A stretch of 64,000 bases of DNA, taken from positions 1,152,001 to 1,216,000 of the forward strand of contig CBDFIQ010000001.1 of NCBI GenBank assembly GCA_965248195.1, read 5' to 3'. Position 1 is the first letter of the stretch, and the number at the start of each line of letters is the position of its first letter. The DNA comes from Longimicrobiales bacterium. Its GTDB lineage: Bacteria; Gemmatimonadota; Gemmatimonadetes; Longimicrobiales; Gaopeijiaceae. A program made the translations under genes and the position numbers. Below the pieces are notes generated by a model. The model had not been told where the DNA came from, made no database searches, and worked only from the letters and a program-made list of their open reading frames with translations. Shown piece by piece: positions 20,287 to 29,316 of the stretch.

Positions 20287-21699
20287 ATGACGAATGAGGC
20301 AGCCATGCCGAACGGCGATCGTATAGAAAAGGACTCTCTCGGCGAGGTCCGCGTACCCGTTGACGCGTTATACGGTGCGCAGACACAACGGGCGGTCGAG
20401 AACTTCCCCATCAGCGGCCAGCGCTTCGGGCGGAGCTTCATCCATGCGCTCGGCCTCCTCAAGAAGGCTGCCGCGCTCACCAATCAGGAGCTCGGTAACC
20501 TCGACAGCAAGATCGCCGAGGCCATCGCCGCCGCGGCGGGGGAGGTGGCGGTGGGGGAGTGGGATGATGAGTTCGTTCTGGACATCTATCAGACCGGATC
20601 GGGCACCTCGACCAACATGAATGCCAATGAAGTTGTGGCTCGCCGTGCGAGCCAGATCGTCGGGGGCGACGGGTCCGTGCACCCCAATGATCATGTCAAC
20701 TTCGGACAGTCATCAAACGACGTCATCCCCTCGGCCATCCATATCGCTGCACGCGTGGCGATGGAGCGGGAGCTCATCCCGGCGCTTGCCCATCTGAGGG
20801 ACGCACTCTCAGCGAAGGCCGAGGCGTTCGATCATGTTGTGAAGTCCGGCCGGACCCACCTGATGGATGCCACGCCAGTAAGGCTTGGCCAGCAGTTTGG
20901 TGGGTACGCCCACCAACTCACGAAAGGGATCGAGCGAGTCCGCCATGCGTCGGAGGAGCTGACCGAGTTGGCGCTCGGTGGAACGGCGGTGGGCACCGGT
21001 ATCAATACACACCCCGAGTTTGCGATGCGCGTGATCGCTCTGGTGTCGGAGGAGCTCGACTTGGAGTTCCGTGAGGCCGAGAACCACTTCGAAGCGCAGG
21101 CGGCCAAGGACGCCGCCGTGAACGCGGCCGGGGCGCTCAATACGATCGCCACGAGCTTTTTCAAGATCGCCGACGACGTGCGGTGGCTGGCGAGCGGACC
21201 GACCTCGGGGATTTCGGAGATCCTGATTCCCGCGGTTCAGCCCGGCAGCTCGATCATGCCGGGCAAGGTGAATCCGGTGATGTGCGAAGCGATGATGATG
21301 GTGGCCGCACGTGTAATGGGAAACCACACTACGGTGACCGTCGCGGGCCAGCGGGGCAATTTCGAGCTAAACGTGATGATGCCGGTACTCGCTCAAGCGC
21401 TACTCGAGTCCGTCACGTTGCTCTCCAACGTTGCGAGGACGTTCGCCGACCGGTGCGTGAAGGGTATCGAGGCCAATGAGCCGCGAGCGAAGGAGCTGCT
21501 CGAAAAGAACCCGTCGATCGCCACGGCGCTAAATCCGTATATCGGGTACGACAAGGCGACCGAGGTGGCCAAGGAGGCTGCCCGGGCGGGACTTTCGGTC
21601 CGGGCTGTTGTGGAAGAAAAGGGGTTGCTCAAGCCCGAGGAGATTGACGATGCGTTCGACGTCCGGGCCATGACCGAGCCGGGACTGCCGGGGACGTAA
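20287..21699 (+). CDS. fumC: Class II fumarate hydratase
   Basis: YGAQTQRA, QTGSGTSTNMNANE, HPNDHVN, GRTHLMDA, GSSIMPGKVNP. Confidence 0.97.
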   Translation: MTNEAAMPNGDRIEKDSLGEVRVPVDALYGAQTQRAVENFPISGQRFGRSFIHALGLLKKAAALTNQELGNLDSKIAEAIAAAAGEVAVGEWDDEFVLDIYQTGSGTSTNMNANEVVARRASQIVGGDGSVHPNDHVNFGQSSNDVIPSAIHIAARVAMERELIPALAHLRDALSAKAEAFDHVVKSGRTHLMDATPVRLGQQFGGYAHQLTKGIERVRHASEELTELALGGTAVGTGINTHPEFAMRVIALVSEELDLEFREAENHFEAQAAKDAAVNAAGALNTIATSFFKIADDVRWLASGPTSGISEILIPAVQPGSSIMPGKVNPVMCEAMMMVAARVMGNHTTVTVAGQRGNFELNVMMPVLAQALLESVTLLSNVARTFADRCVKGIEANEPRAKELLEKNPSIATALNPYIGYDKATEVAKEAARAGLSVRAVVEEKGLLKPEEIDDAFDVRAMTEPGLPGT

Positions 21700-21702
21700 C
21701 CG

Positions 21703-21840
21703 AAAAAAAGAAGGTCACCCGACGCGCCGAACTGGCCATTCGCAACTATTCAGCCCTTGCCTCGAGGGAGTCGTAGTCACGTTGATAACGCAGCCGACAC
21801 GCCGGGCTAAGAGACTAAAGCCGGCTCAGGCGCTAACCCC
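21703..21840 (-). ncRNA. Putative structured RNA element of unknown family, ending in a U-tract
   Basis: Long rod with G-U pairs that work only on the minus strand: CCCGGCGUGUCGG/UCGGCGCGUCGGG, CGUGACUA/UAGUUGCG, CCCU/AGGG, closing GGGGUUA/UGACCUU, then U7. Confidence 0.45.
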
Positions 21841-21843
21841 AGA

Positions 21844-22302
21844 TCAGGCGCTCTTCAGATTGATGTGGAGCTGTTTCTTTCCGAGTTGTTTGCCCGTGAC
21901 GGGAGCGGGAACGCCACCGTGGGGGAGTACCCGCGTGACGGAGCCGTCCAAGTAGAGCGGGTAGGCCCAGGTGGTTCCGTAGCGGACCACCTGTACCAAC
22001 TTCGGCCGGATCAAAGCTTTGCCCGGCGTAATGGGTTCAGTGATGCGGCGCCAAATCCGGTCGACCAGACCCATCCGCTCACTCACAGAGTCCGCCCACA
22101 TCGCGAGCTGAATCTGTTTCCGGTCGGAAACGTTCATGGACCGAACGATTTTCCGATGGCCGGGAAAGGTGTGCGAAAGAAGGAAGGCGAGCGCCTCCGC
22201 GTCCGGAGCGGGGTCTACGCGTACCTCGTGATTTCCGGGGGTGCGTACCCGCCGGCGGTCGGAGATGTCCAGGTAACCATCTGCGTGAACTCGGGTTCTC
22301 AT
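21844..22302 (-). CDS. Hypothetical protein
   Basis: 152-aa ORF filling the gap between fumC and nfo, natural composition. Confidence 0.7.
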   Translation of the reverse strand: MRTRVHADGYLDISDRRRVRTPGNHEVRVDPAPDAEALAFLLSHTFPGHRKIVRSMNVSDRKQIQLAMWADSVSERMGLVDRIWRRITEPITPGKALIRPKLVQVVRYGTTWAYPLYLDGSVTRVLPHGGVPAPVTGKQLGKKQLHINLKSA

Positions 22303-22535
22303 GTCGATGAGGCCTTTCGATCGAGAAAAATTTCGTTGTGGTTAACAATTTGTTTACGACAAGTCCCGTGCCGTTCGGATCCCAGAAACGCCGGCTCCTG
22401 GCTTATGGTCCTAAATAGTTATACCACAACGCCTTAAGGATGATATCTGCGGATGGTCCAGTTCCGCCCCACGCTCACCGCGTGAGAAGTTTGTGCCGAA
22501 ACCCGGTAAAAAATGCCTATAAAGAGGAAAAAAGA

Positions 22536-23468
22536 ATGGAGCACCATGGGGGTCTGGACGCCGAGGGGATGGATCAACCCGAAGGCGTGGGCCAGCCCGA
22601 AGACATCGATCAGCGCGAGAGCGATGAACTCGGTGCGCACGTTTCGTCGGCTGGTGGCGTTCAGCGGGCGCCGGCTCGGGCCGAAGAGATCGAGTCAGCG
22701 GTTCTCCAGCTGTTTACGAAACAGCCCAGCCGGTGGGCGGAGCCTGTGATTTCCGGGGAGGGACGGGACGCCTTTCGCGCCGAGCGGCGTAGGACACGTA
22801 TCGCGACGGCGGTAGCCCACGACTCCTATCTGATCAATCTGTCGTCACCCGACTCCGCTCTTTGGGAGCGGTCCCTCGCGTGCTTCACCGGCGAAGTGAG
22901 CCGGGCCGAGGCGCTCGGGCTCGACTTCGTCGTAACTCATCCAGGAAACGCCACCGACGGGGACGTGGCGAGCGGCATCGCCCGGAACGCCGAGGGTGTG
23001 GAGCGCGCCTTGGCCGAGGTGAAGGACGGCCCGGCGGTGCTGCTGGAGCTCACCGCCGGGTCCGGTACTTCGGTTGGGGGAACCTTCGAGAATCTCGCCG
23101 CCATCGTTGGCCGACTCAGCCCGGGGGCGCTGTCTCGGGTCGGGCTCTGCTTCGACACCTGCCATGCCTACGCAGCCGGATACGACCTGGTCCAGGACTA
23201 TGCCAGTGTATTCCAGGCGTTCGACGATATGCTGGGTCTGGATCGGCTTCGGCTCTTTCACATGAATGATTCCAAGGGAGAGTTGGGATCGAGGCGGGAT
23301 CGCCATGAGCATATTGGCCGGGGGACACTCGGAGCGGCTCCCTTCCGCCGACTCATGGAGGATGAGCGGTTCGTGGGAGTGCCCAAGATCCTCGAGACGC
23401 CCAAGAATGATGATCCGGTGGCGGCCGATTTGAGCAATCTCCACCTGTTGCGGTCGTTTCGAGTTTAG
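22536..23468 (+). CDS. nfo: Endonuclease IV
   Basis: LGAHVS, HDSYLINL, HPG, LELTAG, CFDTCH, HMNDS, DRHEHIG, ILETP; start uncertain. Confidence 0.95.
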   Translation: MEHHGGLDAEGMDQPEGVGQPEDIDQRESDELGAHVSSAGGVQRAPARAEEIESAVLQLFTKQPSRWAEPVISGEGRDAFRAERRRTRIATAVAHDSYLINLSSPDSALWERSLACFTGEVSRAEALGLDFVVTHPGNATDGDVASGIARNAEGVERALAEVKDGPAVLLELTAGSGTSVGGTFENLAAIVGRLSPGALSRVGLCFDTCHAYAAGYDLVQDYASVFQAFDDMLGLDRLRLFHMNDSKGELGSRRDRHEHIGRGTLGAAPFRRLMEDERFVGVPKILETPKNDDPVAADLSNLHLLRSFRV

Positions 23469-23486
23469 GGGGAGCGGTTCTCGCGC

Positions 23487-23516
23487 TGGACAGTCCTAGA
23501 GACGGCGCTCTATATT
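23487..23516 (+). promoter_or_regulatory. sigma70-like promoter of the putative 6S RNA
   Basis: TGGACA-N18-TATATT, ending 7 nt before the RNA stem. Confidence 0.55.
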
Positions 23517-23523
23517 GAGCGGT

Positions 23524-23673
23524 GCGTATTGGGGGGCTCGTTTATTGAGCCAACACAAGTGAAGCCGGGACCGGCTCTTTCGTCCGACGTCACGCCCTGA
23601 GAGGGGAAGGCGGAATTCGAGGGGAGGTCACCTTATCGTGTCCCTGGGCTTCAATAATTCCCCTCTGGTACGC
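23524..23673 (+). ncRNA. ssrS: Probable 6S RNA
   Basis: Rod with central bubble: GCGUAUU/GGUACGC, GGGG/CCCC, UUAUUGAGCC/GGCUUCAAUAA; UGAGCCAACA and CACCUU...GGGCUUCAA resemble 6S bubble flanks; own promoter and downstream hairpin. Confidence 0.7.
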
Positions 23674-23714
23674 TTTCGAGAGGCCGGGACCTGCGTGGTT
23701 CCGGCCTCTCGAAA
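23674..23714 (+). terminator. Strong hairpin after the 6S-like RNA
   Basis: TTTCGAGAGGCCGGGACC-tgcgt-GGTTCCGGCCTCTCGAAA, 18-bp stem with one G-U. Confidence 0.65.
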
Positions 23715-23760
23715 CTTCTGATGGCCCGGTGATCCGTCCCGATTGGGGAGACCACGACGC

Positions 23761-24804
23761 GTGATCCAGAGCGCACGCAGATTCCTGAACGAACGACTCG
23801 CTCTGCACGCCCTGGAGTATCGGGTGCCGAGGGTCACGCTGAGCCTCAAGTATATGTTGGGTGGGCTGACAGCCTTTTTGCTCCTCGTACTCATCGTAAC
23901 GGGCCTCTACCTGTCGCAGTATTACAACCCGACCGTCACGGGTGCTCACGACAGCGTGCTTTATTTGATCAGCCGCGCGCCGCTGGGTGACTGGATTCGA
24001 ACGGTGCACTTCCTCTCGGCCGGGGGCGTGGTGCTGACGGTTATTGCCCATCTGTGCTACACGTTCTGGACACGCGCCTATAAGAAACCGAGAGAGGTGA
24101 CGTGGTGGGCCGGCGTTCTCATGGCGGCCATCATCTTTCTGTTGATCGTCACAGGAAGCGCGTTACGCTACGATCAGGAAGGCTTCGAGGCGCTCGCGCA
24201 CTTCGTTGCCGGGGGAAACCTGACCGGCGCGTTCGGCCGCTTCTTCACCGATAGTTTTACTCCGAGCACTCCGCTCATAACCCGGATCTTCGGTCTGCAC
24301 ACGAGCCTCTTGCCTCTCGTGCTCATCACGCTCATCGCGCTGCACTTCTGGCTGATCCGGCATCTCGGAATCCACACCAACGATGCCAATAATCCTGGCG
24401 GTCCCAGCGGAGCCAGCGGTGCGGAGACCGGCGAGTTCAGGACGCACACCGCGCGGCTCGCGGGGTTCGGCTTGGTGTTGTTCGCGGCGCTTGGCGTGCT
24501 CGCCGTTTTGGTTCCCGAGGGGATCGGTTATCCTCCGGTTGCCGGCGTGGAGATCACAAAGCCGTTCTGGCCCGTACTCTGGGTCTACGGCCTCGAAAAT
24601 CTGTTGGGCGCCTGGGGCATGATCCTCGGCCCCACGGCTGTCTTTGTCTTCCTGATGGCGGTGCCTCTGCTCGATCGCGGGGCGGACCAGACGCCCGGAA
24701 GGCAGGGTTGGGTGGGATGGCTGGCGGTGGCCCTGGGAATCATAATCATTGGACTGTGGGTATACGGTGTGTTCGGGGAAGCTCGGGAACACATTGGGAT
24801 GTAG
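23761..24804 (+). CDS. Cytochrome b/b6-like protein (QcrB/PetB family), orphan
   Basis: YMLGG, RTVH-x13-H, KPREVTWWAGV, GLH-x14-H (four heme His); PEWY position reads PFWP. Confidence 0.88.
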   Translation: MIQSARRFLNERLALHALEYRVPRVTLSLKYMLGGLTAFLLLVLIVTGLYLSQYYNPTVTGAHDSVLYLISRAPLGDWIRTVHFLSAGGVVLTVIAHLCYTFWTRAYKKPREVTWWAGVLMAAIIFLLIVTGSALRYDQEGFEALAHFVAGGNLTGAFGRFFTDSFTPSTPLITRIFGLHTSLLPLVLITLIALHFWLIRHLGIHTNDANNPGGPSGASGAETGEFRTHTARLAGFGLVLFAALGVLAVLVPEGIGYPPVAGVEITKPFWPVLWVYGLENLLGAWGMILGPTAVFVFLMAVPLLDRGADQTPGRQGWVGWLAVALGIIIIGLWVYGVFGEAREHIGM

Positions 24805-24817
24805 CGCGGGGGGAGAA

Positions 24818-24868
24818 GTAGCTTAAGTTGGGACGTAGCTTAGGTTGGGATGCAACGCAGGTTGGGAC
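24818..24868. repeat. Three degenerate 17-bp tandem repeats
   Basis: gtagcttaagttgggac / gtagcttaggttgggat / gcaacgcaggttgggac. Confidence 0.75.
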
Positions 24869-24890
24869 GCACGCAGCGAGGAGTAGAAAG

Positions 24891-25451
24891 ATGCGTAATC
24901 GAGTGACCATGGGGATCCGGCTGTTTAACAGATTGGCCCTGCTCGGGGCAGTCTCTCTGACGATGGCGGCCGTTCACGGCGCAGCATTGAAGAGCTCACA
25001 GACCGGGGTCGAGGCCGGCCAGTCGTTGCCGCTCGAAGGGACCGGCTTCCACGCAGGACAGACGGTTAGGCTGGTCCTGCTCGGCTCGCTGACGGAATAC
25101 ACGCTACGAGACGTGACCGTGGACGATGAGGGCGCCTTCGCCTTCGCCATCGACGTGCCGGCGGATGTGCGTCCCGGCCAGTATCAGTTGTTGGCGTTGT
25201 CGGGTGAGGACGTACGCGAGGCGCAGATGGACATCTCCGTGATGGCCGTCTCGCAGGTTGCCGCAGCGGCCGACAGCCATGACGAGGCGGCCGGGCATAA
25301 TGAAACCATGGACGCCGGGGCACGTGTCGAAGAGATGACGATCGCGAGGGCCACGACCGGTGCCGGGTGGGGTGTGATCGGCTTGTTGATCGGGCTCGCA
25401 GGCGGCGCGGGCGCCGTGCTGCTCAAAGGGACGCCCACGGTCGAGAGTTAA
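24891..25451 (+). CDS. Exported, C-terminally anchored hypothetical protein
   Basis: Signal peptide then HG, Ig-like beta-rich domain, SHDEAAGH linker, C-terminal TM. Confidence 0.7.
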   Translation: MRNRVTMGIRLFNRLALLGAVSLTMAAVHGAALKSSQTGVEAGQSLPLEGTGFHAGQTVRLVLLGSLTEYTLRDVTVDDEGAFAFAIDVPADVRPGQYQLLALSGEDVREAQMDISVMAVSQVAAAADSHDEAAGHNETMDAGARVEEMTIARATTGAGWGVIGLLIGLAGGAGAVLLKGTPTVES

Positions 25452-25535
25452 GCCAGCTGTTTGGGCCGGCATGGGTGTGACGTTGGGACCGGAAGGGGGA
25501 GCGAGCACGAGGTCGCACAGCCAGCACGGGGTCGC

Positions 25536-26735
25536 ATGAGGATCGGTAGAAGAGGTGCCTGGCTCGCCCTCGTTCTGGCCTTGGTGACCGCGGGTTCCGC
25601 TTGCGCGCAAGAGGATGAGCACCTCGAAAAGGTGCGACGGGTCCTGTCCGCGACACCTCTCTTCGACGGCCACAATGATCTTCCGTGGGCCATCCGTGAA
25701 CAGGAGGGTGAGCCCCACAGCGTGCAGGCGTACGACTTGCAAGGGACCACCCTCGGCCACACCGACATCGCCCGCCTGCGAGCCGGAATGGTCGGCGCCC
25801 AATTCTGGTCGGTCTACGTCGACATGGGGTCGGTAGAGGTCGGAGCCGCCAGGGTTCAGCTAGAGCAGATCGACATCGCACGGCAGGTCATCCGCAGGTA
25901 CCCCGATGTGTTCGAACAGGCGTACACCACCGCCGACGTGGAGCGGATCTTCAGATCGGGCAGGATCGGGTCGGTTCTCGGGATGGAGGGTGGCCACGCC
26001 ATCGAGAACTCGCTCGGTGCGCTGCGGGCCTACTTTGATTTGGGTGTGCGGTACATGACCCTCACGCATTCGGGTAATGCCGACTGGGCCGATTCAGCCA
26101 CCGACGATCCGGAGCACGGGGGGCTGACGGACTTCGGCAGGGAGGTCGTGCGGGAGATGAACCGCCTCGGGATGTTGGTGGATCTTTCCCACACGTCCAC
26201 GGAGACGATGAACGATGTCCTCGATGTCGCCGAGGCACCCGTGATCTTCTCCCATTCCGGAGCGCAGGGGCTGACCGGCCATCGGAGGAACGTGCCTGAT
26301 CAGGTCCTCAGACGCCTCCCGCAGAACGGGGGCGTAGTCATGGTGGTGTTCTACCCTTGGCACGTGTCGGAGGCCCTGCGCACGTATGAGGGTCCGGGGG
26401 ATCCTCCGTGGGCTACTCTCCTGGACGTGGCGGATCACATCGAATATGTCCGTGAAATGGCCGGCCTCGACCATGTGGGTCTCGGTTCGGACTTCGACGG
26501 AATGGAGCCGGATCCTCCCCCCGAGGGCCTCGAGGACGTGTCGAAATTTCCGGCGCTCCTCGCCGAACTCTCCCGACGCGGGTGGAGCGAGGACGACCTC
26601 GCGAAGCTGGCTGGAGGGAACGTCCTTCGTGCCTGGAGTGCGGCGGAGAATGTGGCGGCGCGAATCCAGGAGCGGCGCGGACCGTCCAACTCCACCATCG
26701 AGGAGCTCGACGGACGCCCTCGAGGCCGGGATTAG
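25536..26735 (+). CDS. Membrane dipeptidase (peptidase M19)
   Basis: DGHNDLP, GAQFWS, MEGGH, YMTLTH, VDLSH, SHS, GSDFDG. Confidence 0.95.
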   Translation: MRIGRRGAWLALVLALVTAGSACAQEDEHLEKVRRVLSATPLFDGHNDLPWAIREQEGEPHSVQAYDLQGTTLGHTDIARLRAGMVGAQFWSVYVDMGSVEVGAARVQLEQIDIARQVIRRYPDVFEQAYTTADVERIFRSGRIGSVLGMEGGHAIENSLGALRAYFDLGVRYMTLTHSGNADWADSATDDPEHGGLTDFGREVVREMNRLGMLVDLSHTSTETMNDVLDVAEAPVIFSHSGAQGLTGHRRNVPDQVLRRLPQNGGVVMVVFYPWHVSEALRTYEGPGDPPWATLLDVADHIEYVREMAGLDHVGLGSDFDGMEPDPPPEGLEDVSKFPALLAELSRRGWSEDDLAKLAGGNVLRAWSAAENVAARIQERRGPSNSTIEELDGRPRGRD

Positions 26736-27004
26736 GCCACTTCAACCCTTCCCCGCCTCCAGGGATCAGGACAGGTCGATCTCCCCGTTTGGTGTCTCGA
26801 GACGGGCCCGTATTCGGGCCTCGGCCGCTGCAACGATCGAAATGTGGGACACGATCGAGATGTCGCCATCGCGCTCGTCTAGAAGGGGACGAAACACATC
26901 CAGAGCGGGCCGTAGCGTGTCCGCGTCGGGGTGGTTCATGACCAGCTCGATCAGCTTGCAATCATTGGGGAGGGCGGTCGACGGATGGGGTGTAGTGCCC
27001 CAAT

Positions 27005-28380
27005 GGTCAAGTCCCGATTTGTGTGTAAAAGCGGAGGAAGCTCCTCGCCTTCGGCTAGGCTGCTTGGGCGACCTCCTGTTTCTGGAGGAGTGAGAGGTCG
27101 AGGTAACGCCGGTCGCCCCAGACGTGTGTGGTCCTGAGTGCGACGGCCGTGATGAGCCTGAGGGCGCTGGCCCGGTCCGGGAAGGCGCCGGCGGCCTTGA
27201 TCCTGCGTTTGATCTCGCCGTGCAGCCGCTCGAGGCTGTTGGTGGTACGCAGCCGGGGCCAGTGCGCCTCGGGGAACGCGTAGAACTGCGTCGCTGCCCC
27301 GAAGCCCCGCTCCAGGACCTCCACGGCCTCGGGCAGCTCCTTCTTCCAGCGTGCGCCGAACTCGCCCAGGAGCTTCTTCGCCTCGGCGAGTCCGGATGTC
27401 TGGAAGATCACCGAGACCTCACGCGCCACGCGCTTGCGTAGGCGGTGGGGGACCCTCGCCCCCACATTACGCTGCAGATGGACCGTACACCTCTGACGGC
27501 GTGCCTCGGGCAGGAAGCGGCGGACCGCAGCTGCCAGGCCTGCGTGCTCATCGGCGATCACGAGCTCGACACCGCCGAGGCCGCGGTCCTGGAGTTGCTC
27601 GAGGAGCTCCGACCAGCTCTGCTGCGACTCCTCAGCGCCCAGCGTGACGGCCAGGAGCCGTCGGTGACCCTCAGGGCCCACTGCATACGCCACGAGCGCA
27701 CTCACGTTCTCGACTTTGCGGGCCCAGCGGGCGTCCAAGAACGTGGCGTCCAGGTACAGATAGGGGTGAGGCCCCTCGATCGGCGCACGGCGCAGCCCTT
27801 CCACGGCCTCGTCGAGCCGTTTTGCCACACGACTCACCGTCGAGCGCCCAACACGCTCGCCCATCAGCGCCTCGGTGACGTCGCCCATCTTGCGCTGTGA
27901 CACGCCGCTCACATACGCCTCGACCATCATCTCGTCGAGCTCGGGGCTCCTGCGCTGGTAGCGGCCGATCACGTCGGCCGGCGAACCGTTGTCCCGGCTC
28001 CGGGGCATGGCGACCTCGATCTGCCCCAGGCTCGTCAGCAGCCGCCTCAGGTATGTGCCGTTCCTATGGTCCTTCCGGCTTCCCACCCGCTCGAAGCGGC
28101 GTGCACCTACCATGGCCTTCAGCTCCTCTTCCAGCACCATCTCGAGCGTCAGCCGGATCGCGCCTTGAAACAGCTCGCGCAAATCATCGCGTAGCTCGTC
28201 TTGCGTGGCCCGACCGATCTCCACAATCTCTTGCATCGGAAGCTCCTCTCCGGTTCCGAGCCTGCTCTGCAGACCCGGACTCCCGGGTTCATGTGACAGT
28301 GAACAACAACAGAGGAGCTTCCGTTTTTCTTTCCCTCCTGTCCAGCTTATCCGCTTTTACACAAATCTAGGGACACTACC
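27005..28380 (-). mobile_element. IS256-family insertion sequence, 1376 bp
   Basis: 31-bp imperfect terminal inverted repeats (24/31; GG...TGTGTAAAAGCGGA); 8-bp TSD GCCCCAAT at 26997-27004 and 28381-28388. Confidence 0.95.
27055..28236 (-). CDS. IS256 family transposase
   Basis: HRNG, YLYLDAT, DEHAGL, QRCTVH, RTTNSLERLHGEIKRR, GAFP. Confidence 0.96.
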   Translation of the reverse strand: MQEIVEIGRATQDELRDDLRELFQGAIRLTLEMVLEEELKAMVGARRFERVGSRKDHRNGTYLRRLLTSLGQIEVAMPRSRDNGSPADVIGRYQRRSPELDEMMVEAYVSGVSQRKMGDVTEALMGERVGRSTVSRVAKRLDEAVEGLRRAPIEGPHPYLYLDATFLDARWARKVENVSALVAYAVGPEGHRRLLAVTLGAEESQQSWSELLEQLQDRGLGGVELVIADEHAGLAAAVRRFLPEARRQRCTVHLQRNVGARVPHRLRKRVAREVSVIFQTSGLAEAKKLLGEFGARWKKELPEAVEVLERGFGAATQFYAFPEAHWPRLRTTNSLERLHGEIKRRIKAAGAFPDRASALRLITAVALRTTHVWGDRRYLDLSLLQKQEVAQAA

Positions 28381-28838
28381 GCCCCAATCGATGACGAACG
28401 GAACGACGCCGCCGACCGGAAACGCCATGGGATCGCTCAGTCGCCAGTGCAGGGTGTCGCCGTCCGGCCGAGCGCGGCTCATGGCGCGAACAGGGCCGAG
28501 TCGGACGTCCTGGTGCCCGGGCGTATTTCGGAGCGCAAGCTCGAACGTTTTCCTCATGGACTCCGGGTCCGGGTGCCGGTATGCCCAGGTCACCAGCCGA
28601 GCCTCCGCGAGATCGTCGATGAGGAAGGGTCTGGATCGTTCCGGCTCGGGCTGCGTGGGGTCGGGGCCGATGATTTCCAAGTAGACACCAATTCCGAGGC
28701 CGATCAGCGCGTTGCGGGTACCCCAGCCGGGGTGGGCTCCACCCGGGGCCGGCTTCGTCCCGAAGCGTTCGGACAACGCCTCCACGGATGCATAAAGATC
28801 GGGCGTGGCGTAGACCAGGTGGTCCAGGCCCCGGTCCA

Positions 28839-29213
28839 TCATGCCTTGCGGCACCCCGGACAATGTCCATAGAGCACCAGTTCGTGCGCGTCGACCGCGA
28901 AGCCCGGGGGCGCAAGCCGCTCCACGTCTTCCGGACAGGCGGCGACATCGAACGCCAACCCGCACGCGCGACAGATGAAGTGGTGATGATGAGGCTTCCC
29001 GCACCGCTCGTATCGGGCCGGTTCCCCCGGTAACTCGACGGAGTGGATCCATCCCTCGTCCGAGAGGGAGTTGATGTTGCGGTAGACGGTGGCGATACCG
29101 AGGGACGGTACCAGCATACGGCCTTCGGCCAGCACCTCGTCGGTGCTCAGCGGTCTGCGCTCACGTGTGAAAACGTCACGTATTGCCCGCCGCTGCTTGG
29201 TATCGCGCTCCAC
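28839..29213 (-). CDS. Fur-family transcriptional regulator
   Basis: TKQRRAI, LGIATVYR, HHHHFICRAC, C-terminal CPGC. Confidence 0.92.
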   Translation of the reverse strand: MERDTKQRRAIRDVFTRERRPLSTDEVLAEGRMLVPSLGIATVYRNINSLSDEGWIHSVELPGEPARYERCGKPHHHHFICRACGLAFDVAACPEDVERLAPPGFAVDAHELVLYGHCPGCRKA

Positions 29214-29262
29214 GAGAACCAGTCCTCTTTTTTTGGGTCGTATTTTTCACGTCGCTATCTCT

Positions 29263-29278
29263 TGATAATCGGTTATCA
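29263..29278. promoter_or_regulatory. Fur-box-like palindrome
   Basis: TGATAA-TCGG-TTATCA between the divergent Fur-family and MerC-domain genes. Confidence 0.6.
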
Positions 29279-29316
29279 TTTAGTGATCATCAAGTGGATG
29301 TCTGTGGGTTCCTCTC

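Larger units (their letters stand above)
26766..28842 (-). pseudogene. VOC/glyoxalase-like gene split by IS256
   Basis: 5' part LDHLVY, GGAHPGWGTRN, YLEIIG, PFVIDWG; removing the IS and one TSD copy restores an in-frame 230-aa ORF (...DWGTTPHPS...GEIDLS*). Confidence 0.9.

Noticed and set aside
21703..21840. SRP RNA or tRNA identity for this structured element
   Set aside because: No SRP helix-8 motif (CAGG...GNRA...AGCAG) and no cloverleaf or T-loop.
22434..22640. 68-aa hydrophobic minus-strand ORF
   Set aside because: Overlaps the nfo 5' region antisense, with no RBS or motif support.
26993..28378. Alternative IS boundaries with a 2-bp TA target duplication (TAGTG...CACTA)
   Set aside because: The 8-bp GCCCCAAT duplication with ungapped 31-bp GG...CC inverted repeats fits IS256 better and also restores the frame.
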